Below, piece by piece: positions 8,562-18,731 of a DNA stretch of 38,400 nt. A program made the translations under genes and the position numbers. How positions within the stretch are numbered: the stretch's first letter is position 1; the number at the start of each line of letters is the position of its first letter. Origin of the DNA: Gammaproteobacteria bacterium (GTDB lineage: Bacteria; Pseudomonadota; Gammaproteobacteria; Pseudomonadales; JANQJO01); the NCBI GenBank assembly GCA_031409375.1, contig JANNXD010000062.1, positions 1 through 38,400 of the forward strand, written 5' to 3'. A model generated the notes under the pieces. That model was not told the DNA's origin. It searched no databases and saw nothing but the letters and a program-made list of their open reading frames with translations.

Positions 8562-10652
8562 GTGCTTAAGGAAGACCAACTGTATCATCGATTACTGGCT
8601 ACCACGGGATACTTAAAACACGGGGCATGGGTTGTTTTTTTGATCAGTGGCACACTCTTACTTGATCTTTACCGATGGCATGCATTCACCTCTCTACTGA
8701 TAACGATTTTGCAATGCCTATTATTTGGCTTGCTCGGCATCGCGCTAATTCAACAGAAACGTCATTTTATGGCAATTCGTATCTGGCAAAACCTCGAACC
8801 ACTTCGTCAAGAAAAAATACAAGCGCAAATTCAAGAAACGGTTTCATCTCGCATTAACGAACTCAAAAAAATGACGCACGCCGCCTTAAAGTCAGCAGCA
8901 ACCTCCAATCAAAACTTTCAAGCAGCTCAGCGTGCCACGCGCCATAAAAGTGAATTTCTGGCAACCATGAGCCATGAAATACGTACACCGATGAATGGCG
9001 TTTTGGGGATGACTGAGTTATTACGCGACACCGAGCTTACGCCGCAACAACAACACTATTTGGATACCATCTGTACTTCTGGTATGACACTACTGACCAT
9101 TATTGATGATCTACTGGACTACTCAAAACTCGAAGCAGGTAAACTGTCGATTGAAAATATTGCCTTTAATTTGCATCGATTAATTGATCAATGTGGTGAT
9201 ATGTTCGCCTTAAACTCCGCTAAAAAACAGCTCCCTTTATTAATTTTTGCACCCACCAATATTCCAGAAACCTTGTATGGCGACCCCACTCGAATTCGTC
9301 AAATTCTTGTCAACCTATTAGGCAATGCTTTTAAGTTCACTGAGAAAGGGGCCATTCATCTCTATGTGACAATCGAACCCTCTGTGTCTGATCCAGCTGA
9401 CGATCAAGCTGACCACCTATCCGATATTCAAACAGGTTATCCGTCAAACAACCATATAGAACAGCAATTTTTCAACATCACCTTTAGCATTCGCGATACG
9501 GGCATCGGAATGACGGCACAGCAAATTGAGCAGCTTTTTCAAGCATTCCAACAAGCAGATCATCATATTAGCCGACAATATGGTGGCACCGGTTTGGGTT
9601 TAGCCATTTGCAAACGTCTAGTCAACTTGATGCGTGGAGAGATTGGCGTACGTAGCCATGCCAGTTATAACAGTGAATTTTGGTTTCGCTTACCGCTTTG
9701 CGTAAAGGGGCTGATCCAGTATCGTTTCGACCCGCAGCGATTACACAATCAAAGCTGCTGCATTGTGAGTGATGATCCTTATCTCATTGCGCAACTTCAA
9801 CAATTACTGAATAGTTGGGGCGGCCATAGTCAAGTCTACTCTCTGAAGAGCGCCATGAAAAAAACGCCCCAGTTAGAATCACTGGCGTTAATCGACTGCC
9901 CACCCACTCAAGGGAATGAGGTGTTAGCGTGGATTACGCCAGCATCCCATCATAAAATTGTGCTGTTGGGCTATGCAGGGACCCTACCGTCCACTCAAAA
10001 CATTACAGAGTCTGGAATTACCGCTGCAATAGAAAAACCCATTTCACCTCTAGCCTTATATCAATGCCTAGAGCAAATGCTGCACAACGCTGAGCTACTT
10101 GAACCAGCGCCAACATCCTTGACTAAATTTCCTATCCAATTTACTCAGCTCGAAATATTGGTGGCGGAAGACAATCTCGTTAATCAGACCGTCGTACGCG
10201 GTATGCTCGGCAAGCTCGGCATTAAGCCCGTCTTCGCCAACAATGGGCAAGAGGCGATCAGACTATTTGCACAAGCCAATCCATGTTTTGATTTAATTTT
10301 CATGGACTGCGAAATGCCAGAACTAGATGGTTTTGGCGCCACAGAGCAGATTCGCCAATATGAGCAACAACATCAGTTAAAAAAAACACCGATCATTGCT
10401 TTAAGCGCACACGCCATGAATGAGCATATCCAACATTGCTTGACCTCCGGCATGGATAAACATATTGCCAAACCAATGAACTTAGATGTATTGAAACAGT
10501 GTTTGATAAATTATTTTCCTACCCATGCTAGATCGACGCCCGCCCCATTCGAGAACGACATGCCAACGAACAACACTGACGACATCAGTCCAGCATCAAT
10601 GCCTGAATTCGATCCACAGGCAAATCTGCGATCTTCAGATTTAAAAAATTAA
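8562..10652 (+). CDS. Hybrid sensor histidine kinase/response regulator
   Basis: N-terminal TM helices; HisKA H-box [18 protein letters not shown]; HATPase_c G-boxes ([21 protein letters not shown]); C-terminal REC domain ([26 protein letters not shown] in IALSAHA). The start is a GTG/alternative start as called by the ORF track. Confidence 0.85.
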   Translation: MLKEDQLYHRLLATTGYLKHGAWVVFLISGTLLLDLYRWHAFTSLLITILQCLLFGLLGIALIQQKRHFMAIRIWQNLEPLRQEKIQAQIQETVSSRINELKKMTHAALKSAATSNQNFQAAQRATRHKSEFLATMSHEIRTPMNGVLGMTELLRDTELTPQQQHYLDTICTSGMTLLTIIDDLLDYSKLEAGKLSIENIAFNLHRLIDQCGDMFALNSAKKQLPLLIFAPTNIPETLYGDPTRIRQILVNLLGNAFKFTEKGAIHLYVTIEPSVSDPADDQADHLSDIQTGYPSNNHIEQQFFNITFSIRDTGIGMTAQQIEQLFQAFQQADHHISRQYGGTGLGLAICKRLVNLMRGEIGVRSHASYNSEFWFRLPLCVKGLIQYRFDPQRLHNQSCCIVSDDPYLIAQLQQLLNSWGGHSQVYSLKSAMKKTPQLESLALIDCPPTQGNEVLAWITPASHHKIVLLGYAGTLPSTQNITESGITAAIEKPISPLALYQCLEQMLHNAELLEPAPTSLTKFPIQFTQLEILVAEDNLVNQTVVRGMLGKLGIKPVFANNGQEAIRLFAQANPCFDLIFMDCEMPELDGFGATEQIRQYEQQHQLKKTPIIALSAHAMNEHIQHCLTSGMDKHIAKPMNLDVLKQCLINYFPTHARSTPAPFENDMPTNNTDDISPASMPEFDPQANLRSSDLKN

Positions 10653-11421
10653 AATGTTCATGATCCATTAGATGACTTTGTTTAACGTTACCCAAAGCGT
10701 TAAAAATGGTTTCTACTCGACCAGGATGGGTTTTATCCCAATTTTTTAACATTTCTTTAATGACCTGGCGCTGCATATTGTCTTGTGAGCCACATAAATT
10801 GCAGGGAATAATGGGAAATTGCATATATTGGGCAAAATCACTAATGTCACTTTCTTTACAATAAGCCAGTGGACGTATCAAAATGTTTTTTTGATCATCA
10901 CTGAGTAGCTTTGCGGGCATGGCTTTTAAACTACCAGCGTAAAACAAATTCAGAAAAAAGGTTTCAATAATATCTTCCCGATGATGCCCCAACGCTACTT
11001 TAGTGGCGCCCAATTCGTTAGCAACGCGATACAAAATACCGCGACGCAAACGCGAACACAGGGAGCACATGGTTTTACCTGGCTCAATTTTATCCATCAC
11101 CACACTGTAGGTATCCTCTTCAATAATATGAAATGGCACACCTTGCTTGGTGAGATACTCAGGTAAAATATGTTGCGGAAAATCTGGCTGCTTTTGATCT
11201 AAATTAACCGCAATTAATTCAAAATGAATGGGCGCACTCTGCTGCAAACTACGCAACATCTCTAACAAAGTATAAGAATCCTTACCACCCGATAAACAGA
11301 CCATGACCTTGTCATTCGGCTCAATCATGCCGTAATCGACAATCGCCTGACCTGTTAATCGACGCAGTCGTTTTTGTAATTTATTAAATTCTGTTTTTTG
11401 TTTTTTTGCGTGCATATTCAC
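10585..11421 (-). CDS. ttcA: tRNA 2-thiocytidine(32) synthetase TtcA
   Basis: PP-loop SGGKDS; conserved Cys motifs CSLC and CNLCGSQ; 278 aa; typical TtcA N-terminus ([16 protein letters not shown]). Confidence 0.85.
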   Translation of the reverse strand: MNMHAKKQKTEFNKLQKRLRRLTGQAIVDYGMIEPNDKVMVCLSGGKDSYTLLEMLRSLQQSAPIHFELIAVNLDQKQPDFPQHILPEYLTKQGVPFHIIEEDTYSVVMDKIEPGKTMCSLCSRLRRGILYRVANELGATKVALGHHREDIIETFFLNLFYAGSLKAMPAKLLSDDQKNILIRPLAYCKESDISDFAQYMQFPIIPCNLCGSQDNMQRQVIKEMLKNWDKTHPGRVETIFNALGNVKQSHLMDHEHFNFLNLKIADLPVDRIQALMLD

Positions 11422-11477
11422 TTTCCTTGAACTTAAAAAAACTCATCTTTACTTCAACTTCACCCTTCGATACCCAT

Positions 11478-12959
11478 TTAGCGTACAAATAACGGGGTTA
11501 TCAGCACCGTCAAAGGTGTACGGATCGATTGAATATAACTGGGTATATCGTAATCAGGTTTAGACGTATCGACATAAAGGTCAAACACCATGGTATAAAT
11601 TTTATCAAGCGGGATATTCGACACTTCAAAACCAATATTGGGCCACTGACCCACGAAGCGCTCTGGATCTACCTTTAAACGCGCATCATCTTGATAAATT
11701 AAATGTACAGGCGTTTGTGAATTGCCTGGAATGGTCAGTGTAGCCAGCGCTTGAAAATTTTCAGGGCTCTTTAACATCCACCAACATTGTTCTGGCTTTA
11801 ACGCTTGCTGTTGTAGTGCATTTTCTGACAAGGATAAACGACCATCAACAATACCTAAAGGTTGATCACCATGCATACCATACACCTGGCTTCCCAATAA
11901 CTGATTCGCATCAACCGAAATCGATACCGAGGTATTCTCAACAAACATCGGCATCCAAGCTGGTGTTTTTGCACGGGTAATCGCTCGCATATTGGCAGCA
12001 GAAAATTGGTACATTACCCATAAATTCATAATGGGCACTTTAGCTAAAATAATAGTCGCCTTCATCTGTACGCTAGCGCGGATTGGACCTTGAAGTACAC
12101 CCTGAACACTGGCATGGAAATTACGATTGGTAATGGTTAAGCCATTACTCGCACCCACCCAATGACCTTGAATCCGCATTTTTAACGTATCTAACAGGCT
12201 CGATTTTTTTTTATCCTCAAAAGCAAAAAACTGCATATCCGTCAATTCGAGTGGATTTTTTAAACTCGAAGCCAACGAATAGTACTGCGTATCTGCAAAA
12301 TAAGTCTCCACATCATAACGCACATAATCATGAGTCGAACGACGAGCGTCTTGCCATAATAAATACACAAAGCGCGGGCCTGACAAAGTGGTGACTTGCA
12401 ATTCTAATAAGGGATTGATCGGTGAAACACCCAAGTGCCAGCGCTCACTACTAGCATCTTGCAACATAAACAACAACTCATCACGTCCATCCCACCTTGC
12501 GGGCACACCAGAATTTGCTATCGCCATTTGTGACAGAAAGGGAAAACCTTCTCGATTCATCTCATCAATTTGAAATGGAATCGGTTCCAACTCGCCATCA
12601 ATCATTGTCGCTAATGATAAATCTGCAATCTGCCATACACGAGCTTTGAGAGGTGATGGCAACTGCGCAGCCGTGAAAGTGATCATTCGCAACTGCTCTG
12701 CTTTTGATAATGGCTGTGTTTTAAATAACGAAAATGAAGATGCCTGAACAGGTAATGCGTACAAAAACAATAAAACGATTAAAACTCCCGTTAAATCAAA
12801 CTGAAATACACAATTTCTAGATAGCTTGTCTAGACTAATTTCACTCAATAAAGTTTTTCTAATGTGTTGCAACATGATGATCATAAATAGCCATGACTGA
12901 ATTTGACCCGCTGAAAACCGATACCTATGCTCGGCATTTGGCAGCGGTGAATGAAACAC
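11478..12959 (-). CDS. Hypothetical exported/membrane-anchored protein (start uncertain)
   Basis: 493-aa ORF with no motif I recognise. The hydrophobic segment LTGVLIVLLFLYALPVQA-SS looks like a signal peptide or anchor. The annotated 5' end overlaps the divergent HD-GYP start, so the true start is probably downstream. Confidence 0.45.
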   Translation of the reverse strand: MFHSPLPNAEHRYRFSAGQIQSWLFMIIMLQHIRKTLLSEISLDKLSRNCVFQFDLTGVLIVLLFLYALPVQASSFSLFKTQPLSKAEQLRMITFTAAQLPSPLKARVWQIADLSLATMIDGELEPIPFQIDEMNREGFPFLSQMAIANSGVPARWDGRDELLFMLQDASSERWHLGVSPINPLLELQVTTLSGPRFVYLLWQDARRSTHDYVRYDVETYFADTQYYSLASSLKNPLELTDMQFFAFEDKKKSSLLDTLKMRIQGHWVGASNGLTITNRNFHASVQGVLQGPIRASVQMKATIILAKVPIMNLWVMYQFSAANMRAITRAKTPAWMPMFVENTSVSISVDANQLLGSQVYGMHGDQPLGIVDGRLSLSENALQQQALKPEQCWWMLKSPENFQALATLTIPGNSQTPVHLIYQDDARLKVDPERFVGQWPNIGFEVSNIPLDKIYTMVFDLYVDTSKPDYDIPSYIQSIRTPLTVLITPLFVR

Positions 12960-14278
12960 ATACCGTGATTGTCACGGAAGACATCCGCAATACATCCGGT
13001 GTATTGGTGGCTAAAAAGGGCATTAAGCTCGAAAAAAATGTTACGGATAAAATATTGCAACATCGATTATTAAAACCTTTGCAAGACTGCGTCAAAATTG
13101 ACCAAGCTATGGATGGTGAACGCCTCTATGCCTATATGCTAGATTGGTTAAGACCGCATCACGATCTGACGACCATCCATCAACAACTGAATATGGATCG
13201 TGCTTTAAAAGCATTGTGTAACCATTATCAAAAATTTACCACCCTTCACCAACTCATCACAGTTTTGCTGACGCAACTCCCTGAAGTATTTAATCGCAGT
13301 TGTTTCGCAGCTTGGCTCGCGACCGCCATTGCGCAACACCGCAAGCTCAGAGTTGATGACACAATCACTGCATTTATCGGCGGACTTTGTCATGATATTG
13401 GTTTACTGCATCTACCTGAAGAGATAATCGTAGGGGAAGCGCAACAAAAACCCAAAGAGTCTCGAACTTTTCAAGCCCATCCGATCATCGGGCAAAAAAT
13501 TATACAAGCCATCTCGGGGTTACCGTCGGCGCTGGCACAGGTTATTTTTGAGCATCATGAAAGTTGTGATGGCACGGGTTATCCCACCAGCAAATTTGGG
13601 GAGCACCTGCATCCCATTGGCCAGATCGTCGCCCTTTGCGACTGCTTATACCCTTTACGTTTTAACCCCAATTCCAACAATCAACGTACTTTGAAAGACT
13701 TACAACCTTACCTGAACCTCAATCAAGAAATACACCTCTATGCTAACTATCAAGCGCTGACACAGCTCCTTCAACAGACCAATTTAAACATTCAACGCAA
13801 TGTTGCCGATGCAGACATGCAGTCTCATTGTGCAAAACTGTTGGAAAATTATCAGTTACTAACTATATGGGGACGCGTCATTTGTGACGTTATGGGTTAT
13901 CTGCCGAAAAACAGTGCCGCTAAAGCCATCAATATCGCGCTTAACATGTTACAAAGTATCAAGAAAATTATTCGTCACTCAGGCCTATTTAATGAAGGCA
14001 TACGACGTTGGATTCAACACGTCAAAGATAATAACAGCAGTGATTCGTTTTCTGAAATGGAAGAAATTGGCTTGATGTATGACGAACTTTTAGCCCATAT
14101 GCGTAAGTTCTATCGGCAAACGGTTTTAATCACTGAGCAAGACTTTTTCAAGGACAATAACTTCGCACATCAAGAAGACATTCTGATTTGTACAGGCTTG
14201 ATGCAACAACTCAATATCAACCAAATACCTGACGTCTTACGAGATGCTAGTTTTAACATCGAAAGCTTTATGGTTTAA
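12893..14278 (+). CDS. HD-GYP domain c-di-GMP phosphodiesterase-family protein
   Basis: HD motif in GGLCHDIGLLHLPEE; HHESCDGTGYP (HD-GYP signature); N-terminal ~150 aa uncharacterised. Confidence 0.8.
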   Translation: MTEFDPLKTDTYARHLAAVNETHTVIVTEDIRNTSGVLVAKKGIKLEKNVTDKILQHRLLKPLQDCVKIDQAMDGERLYAYMLDWLRPHHDLTTIHQQLNMDRALKALCNHYQKFTTLHQLITVLLTQLPEVFNRSCFAAWLATAIAQHRKLRVDDTITAFIGGLCHDIGLLHLPEEIIVGEAQQKPKESRTFQAHPIIGQKIIQAISGLPSALAQVIFEHHESCDGTGYPTSKFGEHLHPIGQIVALCDCLYPLRFNPNSNNQRTLKDLQPYLNLNQEIHLYANYQALTQLLQQTNLNIQRNVADADMQSHCAKLLENYQLLTIWGRVICDVMGYLPKNSAAKAINIALNMLQSIKKIIRHSGLFNEGIRRWIQHVKDNNSSDSFSEMEEIGLMYDELLAHMRKFYRQTVLITEQDFFKDNNFAHQEDILICTGLMQQLNINQIPDVLRDASFNIESFMV

Positions 14279-14327
14279 AAAAACGAAAGCTTTATGGTTT
14301 GAAAATCAAAAGCTTTATGATTTAAAC

Positions 14328-14355
14328 AGTAAGGGCTGTCAATTGACTGCCCTTA
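14328..14355. terminator. Bidirectional intrinsic terminator hairpin between convergent genes
   Basis: 8-bp perfect stem GTAAGGGC / GCCCTTAC with a 12-nt palindromic loop TGTCAATTGACT. It lies between the HD-GYP stop (14278) and the OmpA-like stop (14377), with A/T-rich flanks. Coordinates are +/-1. Confidence 0.5.
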
Positions 14356-14376
14356 CGCTCAAAATACGATACCGCT

Positions 14377-15030
14377 TTACTGCTGCTGTTCATCCGAAAT
14401 AATTTGTACTTCGACTCGGCGATTTTGTTCACGACCCTGCGGGGTATCATTACTCGCGATCGGTTGTGTTTCTCCCATACCCGAAACATAAAAACGCTGT
14501 GGAGCAATCGACTGCGCAATTAAGTAATTCGCCACACTGTGCGCGCGGCGCTCAGATAATGACTGATTAGATTCAGATGAACCCACCGAGTCAGTATGTC
14601 CGGTGACCTGAACTTGTGATTTTTTAAATTCCTTTAATACACTAGCAACGGAATTTAAAACATCATAAAAACTCGACTGAATATCTGCACTATTGGTATT
14701 AAAGGTTAGATTACCGGGCATATTCAAATAAATTGATTTACCTTCACGCGTCACGCTCACGCCAGTATTAGCTAACTTTTGACGCAGCTTTTTTTCCTGA
14801 TTATCAAAATACAAACCCGTACCACCACCCACGGCAGCACCAATTAACGCCCCTTTACCACGATCATGCTTACTGGAAACCGCTGCGCCCATAACCGCTC
14901 CAGCGATAGAACCAATAGCGGCTTTACTGGGTTTGCGCTGCCCCGTGTAGGGATCCGTTGTACAAGCTGATATCAATAATGCTGATGCAACTAAAACCAC
15001 AATTTTTTTCGCAACCATTTCATTTTTCAT
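14377..15030 (-). CDS. OmpA-family lipoprotein with glycine-zipper (YiaD-like)
   Basis: Signal peptide plus lipobox (LLISAC). Glycine-zipper GSIAGAVMGAAV...GALIGAAVGGGTG. C-terminal OmpA_C motif GHTDSVGSSESNQSLSERRAHSVANYL. Confidence 0.8.
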   Translation of the reverse strand: MKNEMVAKKIVVLVASALLISACTTDPYTGQRKPSKAAIGSIAGAVMGAAVSSKHDRGKGALIGAAVGGGTGLYFDNQEKKLRQKLANTGVSVTREGKSIYLNMPGNLTFNTNSADIQSSFYDVLNSVASVLKEFKKSQVQVTGHTDSVGSSESNQSLSERRAHSVANYLIAQSIAPQRFYVSGMGETQPIASNDTPQGREQNRRVEVQIISDEQQQ

Positions 15031-15143
15031 AACTGATCTCCAATTTAAGATTCAAGCTTGAGTGGATTTTTAAAAAGATTATCCAGTGTTTACATATTAA
15101 AGGCGTGTGATTCTAACTGGAAATATGGCATCCTCCTACGGCT

Positions 15144-15653
15144 ATGACAGTTAATTCAACAGATTTTATTGAACTTAAGACCCATTCTCCCTGCTTAGGG
15201 ATTTGTTCGACCACTTATGGCGATCAAGTCTGTCGCGGTTGCAAACGTTACTGCCATGAGATTGCTGATTGGCTGCGCTACAAACCCACGCAGAAACACC
15301 GAGTATGGCAACGCCTTGAAAGCACCTCTGAACAAATAATTAGCAACTTTCTGCTCATTACACACCCAGAAAAACTGCAAAGTTGCTTACACCTGATATC
15401 ACATCGACACACGCCCCCGCAATCAAATCATTACCGCCTACTACTGTTGTTACATCACTTAGCTAACCGCGCCAGCCCGAATGAAAAAAAACAAGCTTTT
15501 AATGTCACTGACTATGGCCTGCAATGGCAAATCGGCATGCCGAGTATGAGCTTTATTGAATTGTGGCAGCGCATTGATCAACAATTATTGGCCCTTACGA
15601 TTGCGCTTTATGATCGACAAATTCAGCGCCCCATGCAAGTTACCAATATATAA
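15144..15653 (+). CDS. DUF1289 domain protein (Cys-rich, putative Fe-S/oxidoreductase-like)
   Basis: N-terminal SPCLGICSTTYGDQVCRGCKRY matches the DUF1289 C-x-G-x-C...C-x-G-C core. At 169 aa it is longer than typical family members, so the C-terminal part is of unknown function. Confidence 0.5.
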   Translation: MTVNSTDFIELKTHSPCLGICSTTYGDQVCRGCKRYCHEIADWLRYKPTQKHRVWQRLESTSEQIISNFLLITHPEKLQSCLHLISHRHTPPQSNHYRLLLLLHHLANRASPNEKKQAFNVTDYGLQWQIGMPSMSFIELWQRIDQQLLALTIALYDRQIQRPMQVTNI

Positions 15654-15715
15654 AATTCAGCTAGACTCAGAGCTAATGTTGTCAACAATCATGGCGATTT
15701 CTGCAAGGACACAGC

Positions 15716-16636
15716 ATGACAAGTTCGAATGCTCAGCCCGACTCTACCAATGAATCTAACGATATAAACAAATCAAGTTCAAGCGAATCAAGTTCAAGCG
15801 AATCGAGCAATCCGCTACTACTGCAATTGCGTAAAGACATTGCGTCCAAAAACTATACCTTGCCACCCCTGCCAGAAAATGCGCATCGTATTCGCCGTTT
15901 AATTAACGATCCCCAATCTAGCTTACAAAAAATCAGCAAGCTGATTAGCTCAGATCCTGTTTTAACGGGTCGATTAATACAGGCCGCCAATAGCCCATTA
16001 TTTCGTGGGCTGACCAAAATCCAAGATATTCAAAGTGCTGTCAATCGATTGGGCATGACCTGTATTCAAAACATGGTAATCAGTTTAAGTGTTGCCGGAT
16101 TATTTGGTGGCAGTACAGACTGGATTCGCACACGGATGCGTGAGATCTGGAACATCAGTATTAAAGTTGCCGCAGTGAGTGAAGTTTTATCAAGACGTTA
16201 CCAACATCTTGAAGGTTCAGAGGCATTATTAGCGGGACTGCTGCATGATATTGGCAGCGTACCACTGCTACAAATGTGCGCCAAACGTTTTGGCAAACCA
16301 GAAAATCCTGAAATGCTCGATCAAGCCATTCGTACCCTCAGTCCACAACTCAGTGAATGGATTTTAAAGAATTGGCATCTAGCTGATATGATCAACACGG
16401 TACCGATGGCTACAGTGAATATTGATCAAACCCGCACTGGCGAAGTGGATTACAGCGATTTAGTGCTCGTCGCTAAGCTGCATGCCGTACGAGGCAGCAC
16501 GCACCCACTGGCCAACATTAAATGGGGTAACATTCCCGTGTTCGCCAAACTTGGTTTAACGCCGGAAGAAAGCGTTAATGTCATTCGTGACGCTCGGCAG
16601 GAAATCCAAGAAGTCATGAGTGTGCTACAAGGTTAA
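15716..16636 (+). CDS. HDOD domain signalling protein
   Basis: HDOD signature around LLAGLLHDIGSVPLL and the overall ~280-aa HDOD layout. The N-terminus carries a Ser/Glu-rich low-complexity stretch encoded by a 15-nt tandem duplication. Confidence 0.75.
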   Translation: MTSSNAQPDSTNESNDINKSSSSESSSSESSNPLLLQLRKDIASKNYTLPPLPENAHRIRRLINDPQSSLQKISKLISSDPVLTGRLIQAANSPLFRGLTKIQDIQSAVNRLGMTCIQNMVISLSVAGLFGGSTDWIRTRMREIWNISIKVAAVSEVLSRRYQHLEGSEALLAGLLHDIGSVPLLQMCAKRFGKPENPEMLDQAIRTLSPQLSEWILKNWHLADMINTVPMATVNIDQTRTGEVDYSDLVLVAKLHAVRGSTHPLANIKWGNIPVFAKLGLTPEESVNVIRDARQEIQEVMSVLQG

Positions 16637-16880
16637 CCAGATCACCTGTGAATATTTTTAAAGCGTCATCACCCATAATCTCATGACCCTTTCATTTAAA
16701 AAAACAACTCGAATTGACGCTCAGGGTATATAACGTTACAAACTTTCATCGTATTGATGCGTTTTTTTCGATTGCGCAGTTGAATCGGCAGCTTGCTGCT
16801 GAGTTTGATGAGCCCATCTTTAAATGCTGTACACTGGCATTCCTTCTACAAAGATTAAAACATCTAAAGGACGCGCCACT

Positions 16881-17468
16881 ATGCCATCCAATGCGTTCAA
16901 TCGCGATTTTCCAATTGTTTGCGTTGGTGGTTCTGCAGGTGGGCTTGATGCTTATATTCGCCTATTGCAAAATTTGCCCACTGATATGGGCGTGGCCATT
17001 GTGATCGTCAATCACATAAGAACCGTTGCCACGCGACTGCATGAAATTCTGCCACATCACACTCAAATGCCCGTTGAGCTCATTACCGAAAAGCTCGACA
17101 TTGAACCGAATCACGTTTTTATTATTCCGTCAAACCGTGACTTGCATATACAAGATCATGAGTTTCGCTTAAAACCTATTTCTAAACCTCGAGGTTGGCC
17201 TGATGTGATTACTGTTTTTTTACGCTCGCTGACGCAAAACTGGGACGGCAAACTGATCGCGGTGATTGTTTCGGGTTTTGATGGCGATGGCGCCGCAGCA
17301 TTAGCCGGTATCAAAGCGGTCGGAGGCATTACCATTGCGCAAAAGCTCGATACTGCCAAACAGCCCGACATGCCTGAAAGTGCAATTGCCACCGGCTACA
17401 TTGATTTTATTCTAGCGCCTGAAGATATCGCTAAAGCAATCGTGCGCATTGCAAACGACAATCGATAA
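16881..17468 (+). CDS. CheB-type chemotaxis methylesterase domain protein (no receiver domain)
   Basis: CheB_methylest motifs: IVCVGGSAGGLDA (nucleophile Ser), VIVNHI, and GFDGDGAAAL with catalytic Asp. The ORF track begins at 16824; the ATG at 16881 (MPSNAF...) has a better Shine-Dalgarno sequence. No REC domain is present. Confidence 0.7.
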   Translation: MPSNAFNRDFPIVCVGGSAGGLDAYIRLLQNLPTDMGVAIVIVNHIRTVATRLHEILPHHTQMPVELITEKLDIEPNHVFIIPSNRDLHIQDHEFRLKPISKPRGWPDVITVFLRSLTQNWDGKLIAVIVSGFDGDGAAALAGIKAVGGITIAQKLDTAKQPDMPESAIATGYIDFILAPEDIAKAIVRIANDNR

Positions 17469-17545
17469 TTGACGAAGCCCATATTTTAATCCGCCAAATT
17501 GAATGAATCGCTAATTGACTTAACAACAACCACGCTTCGACTGGC

Positions 17546-18400
17546 TCAGCCACCGAAGTGGTCAAAGCCTTGCAAAGCCAAACCCAATAAAAATCCATGC
17601 ACCGCAGGCCAATAGGCAGGAAAGCTATCCAAATTGTTATGATTCGCATCTGGTATCACTATCAATTTTATTTCAGCATTAACACCACTTAAGACTTTAC
17701 TATGATTAATCGGAATCACTTCATCTTTACTGCCATGAATAATGAGCACTGGCATACTATGAATAGCAGACAACGCTTTTTCATTATCCAAATCAATGCG
17801 CGAAAAAACTTCTGGCAAAAAAGGGTAAATCTCTTTTCCTAATTTAGCGATGCTGCGATAAGGTGCTTCCAATATCAATCCACTCGGATGATGTTCAGCT
17901 GCAAGCGCTGTGGCAATACCCGAACCGATACTGCGGCCAAACAACACCACGGGTGAATGCGGCTTTTCTTGCGACAGTTTGCTACGAAGTGCTCGACCCA
18001 TTTCAAGCAATATTTTTTCAGTTTTTGGCAAACGGCCCCCGCTTTTGCCATAACCTGGAAAATCCATGATCCATACCGCCCAGCCGGTATGCTTCACCAA
18101 ATCACTGGCAACAAAACCCCACTCTTTTAAGCTACCTGCATTACCATGAAAATAAAGAATAGTGCCTTGATTACTTTCAGAGTTAAAAACCAGATAGTTA
18201 ATTTTTTGGCCGGATTTAAGCTGTATGTTCGCTTCACGAAATGGAATTGGAAAATGAAAACTAAAATCTTCCGCTAATTTTTCAGGAAAAAAGATCAATC
18301 GCTCTTGATTAAAATAAAACACCGCAATAGCAAGCATCATCAATAACGCTATGCTGAACAAGGGCACCAGTAACCAGCTAAGCATCCTACTCACGCACAA
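17546..18400 (-). CDS. Alpha/beta-hydrolase fold protein (membrane-anchored)
   Basis: N-terminal TM helix; nucleophile elbow GRSIGSG; HGN oxyanion-hole motif in YFHGNAGS; C-terminal His in DANHNN. Confidence 0.8.
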   Translation of the reverse strand: MCVSRMLSWLLVPLFSIALLMMLAIAVFYFNQERLIFFPEKLAEDFSFHFPIPFREANIQLKSGQKINYLVFNSESNQGTILYFHGNAGSLKEWGFVASDLVKHTGWAVWIMDFPGYGKSGGRLPKTEKILLEMGRALRSKLSQEKPHSPVVLFGRSIGSGIATALAAEHHPSGLILEAPYRSIAKLGKEIYPFLPEVFSRIDLDNEKALSAIHSMPVLIIHGSKDEVIPINHSKVLSGVNAEIKLIVIPDANHNNLDSFPAYWPAVHGFLLGLALQGFDHFGG

Positions 18401-18611
18401 TCCTATTCACAATTTTTCTAACCACAGGTGCCACCACGCTCACTGTTGGAAACGCCACCACAAAAGCAAAACTCCACGCCTTAAGCCAAATGGCAATAAT
18501 ATTGACAACAAAACCAACATTAAATAACGTAATCACCAACGACATGATGCAGGACATCAATAACGACATAAAAAACGCAAAAACTATGTGCTGATATTTT
18601 TTATCAATCAT
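18387..18611 (-). CDS. Small membrane protein, DUF2798-like
   Basis: 74 aa with two predicted TM helices. It overlaps the hydrolase start by 14 nt on the same strand, suggesting an operon. Family assignment is from memory of the MSLLMSxxMS..FNxG pattern. Confidence 0.45.
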   Translation of the reverse strand: MIDKKYQHIVFAFFMSLLMSCIMSLVITLFNVGFVVNIIAIWLKAWSFAFVVAFPTVSVVAPVVRKIVNRIVRE

Positions 18612-18731
18612 ATTGTGAATTCCTTAAACTCAACAGTTCTGACAGTTTTAGGTTGAAGAAATAGAGACCATGAGCGTAACCTGAGCAAACAACGGTTACA
18701 ACGCCAACAGGAAATTTTAGTTGTGTAGAAT

